Position numbers and translations under genes: made by a program
The notes under the pieces: model-generated
Told to the model about the DNA's origin: nothing
Seen by the model: only the letters and a program-made list of their open reading frames with translations
Databases searched by the model: none
Assembly: GCA_016777225.1 (NCBI GenBank)
Contig: JADHRW010000001.1
Span: 170,981 to 234,980 of the forward strand
Direction of reading: 5' to 3'
DNA from: Candidatus Thalassarchaeum sp.
Lineage (GTDB): Archaea > Thermoplasmatota > Poseidoniia > Poseidoniales > Thalassarchaeaceae
Length of the DNA: 64,000 bases
Shown here: in pieces, positions 62,918 through 64,000 of the stretch
Position numbering within the stretch: the stretch's first letter is position 1
How the letters are laid out: the number at the start of each line of letters is the position of its first letter

Positions 62918-64000
62918 ATGGATGGAAATATTTTCGAGAAAATTCTCGGACAAAAATCTCTATTCATCGATAGGAAGGCATTTGATCATGCATTTGAACC
63001 AAGTAATCTGCCTCATAGAGAGCCAGAAGTAGAAGCTTTAGTGAGAAATTTAGTTGATGCCTTGAATGGACATATTCCATCTAATATGTTACTTTATGGT
63101 GTTCCCGGATCAGGTAAAACTGTGGTGACAAGATTTGTACTCAGTCAATTACTTGAGAAAGGTAAACAAATGGGTCACCCGGTTCAAACCTATGAGATAA
63201 ATTGTAGGAATGTTGACACTAAATATAGGGTTGTTCAAAATCTAGCCAGTCAGCTGAAACAACGCGGAGATTATCCTATTCCATTTACAGGCTGGCCTAC
63301 CGATAGAGTGCTGGAAACACTAATTGAAAGAATGGATAGAGCCGGTGGTGTTCATATATTAGTTTTAGATGAAATTGATAACTTAGTAGCGAGAGCTGGT
63401 TCAGATTTACTTTACAGTCTAACAAATCTAAATACAATATTAAAAAATGCTAGATGCTGTATTATTGGAATCAGTAATGACTTGAATTTCACCCAAGAAC
63501 TAGATCCACGAGTTAGTTCGAGACTGAGTCAAGAAGACGTTGTATTCCATCCATATGGTGCTCAAGAAATTCAAGATATTTTACAAGAAAGGGTGCGTAT
63601 GGGATTGAAGAATGATTCTTTGGAAGGAGGAGTAATTCCTCTATGTTCAGCCCTTGCCGCACAAGAACATGGAGATGCAAGAAGGGCATTAGATTTATTG
63701 AGAATTTCAGTACAAAAAGCGGAACAAAGGTCGCAAACTAAAGTGGACCCTAAGCATGTACGCTTAGCACAATCTCAACTTGAACACGATCAAGTTACGC
63801 CTGTTTTGAAGACTCTACCCCTCCATCAAAAATTAGTATTGTTCTGCATTATTATAAATGAAGAAAATGGTTTAAGAAATATCTGTACGGGAGAAATATT
63901 CCGAACATATTCGCAAGCATGTATGAAAATAAGTATTGAACCATTGACGCCAAGAAGAATTTCTTCACTACTGAATGAACTAGACACACTTGGATTAATT
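62918..64000 (+). CDS. cdc6: Orc1/Cdc6 replication initiator (runs off the window end)
   Basis: Translated by hand: MDGNIFEKIL...LPHRE...YGVPGSGKT...INC...VLDEID...IGISND...LDPRVSSRL...HGDARRALDLLR; SD GGTGA upstream; absent from the ORF track because it has no stop in the window. Confidence 0.95.
   Translation, partial: MDGNIFEKILGQKSLFIDRKAFDHAFEPSNLPHREPEVEALVRNLVDALNGHIPSNMLLYGVPGSGKTVVTRFVLSQLLEKGKQMGHPVQTYEINCRNVDTKYRVVQNLASQLKQRGDYPIPFTGWPTDRVLETLIERMDRAGGVHILVLDEIDNLVARAGSDLLYSLTNLNTILKNARCCIIGISNDLNFTQELDPRVSSRLSQEDVVFHPYGAQEIQDILQERVRMGLKNDSLEGGVIPLCSALAAQEHGDARRALDLLRISVQKAEQRSQTKVDPKHVRLAQSQLEHDQVTPVLKTLPLHQKLVLFCIIINEENGLRNICTGEIFRTYSQACMKISIEPLTPRRISSLLNELDTLGLI

Overview
AT-rich (about 35% GC by eye), gene-dense archaeal chromosome segment, most consistent with Marine Group II Euryarchaeota (Ca. 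Poseidoniales). It mixes archaeal informational genes (RPA, pelota, GatD, RFC, fibrillarin/Nop5, TFS, PCNA, Orc1/Cdc6) with many bacterial-type metabolic and repair genes (Mog, RNase PH, PanB, AmnA/B-like dioxygenase, SMUG1, IcmF, KatG, Fpg, CysJ-like). There are three tRNAs (Phe, intron-containing Met, Gly), all with encoded CCA, and a candidate replication origin before cdc6 at the right end. No CRISPR, IS element or prophage was seen. The most striking signal is in the promoters: about 20 transcription-unit starts carry a non-canonical TT[C/G]A[A/T] element at the TATA position (about -30 to -24 from an apparently leaderless start codon), while a smaller set keeps a canonical TTAW box. The window also encodes a strongly degenerate TBP-fold paralog that appears to have lost most TATA-intercalating phenylalanines. 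All calls are by visual recognition; no searches were run.
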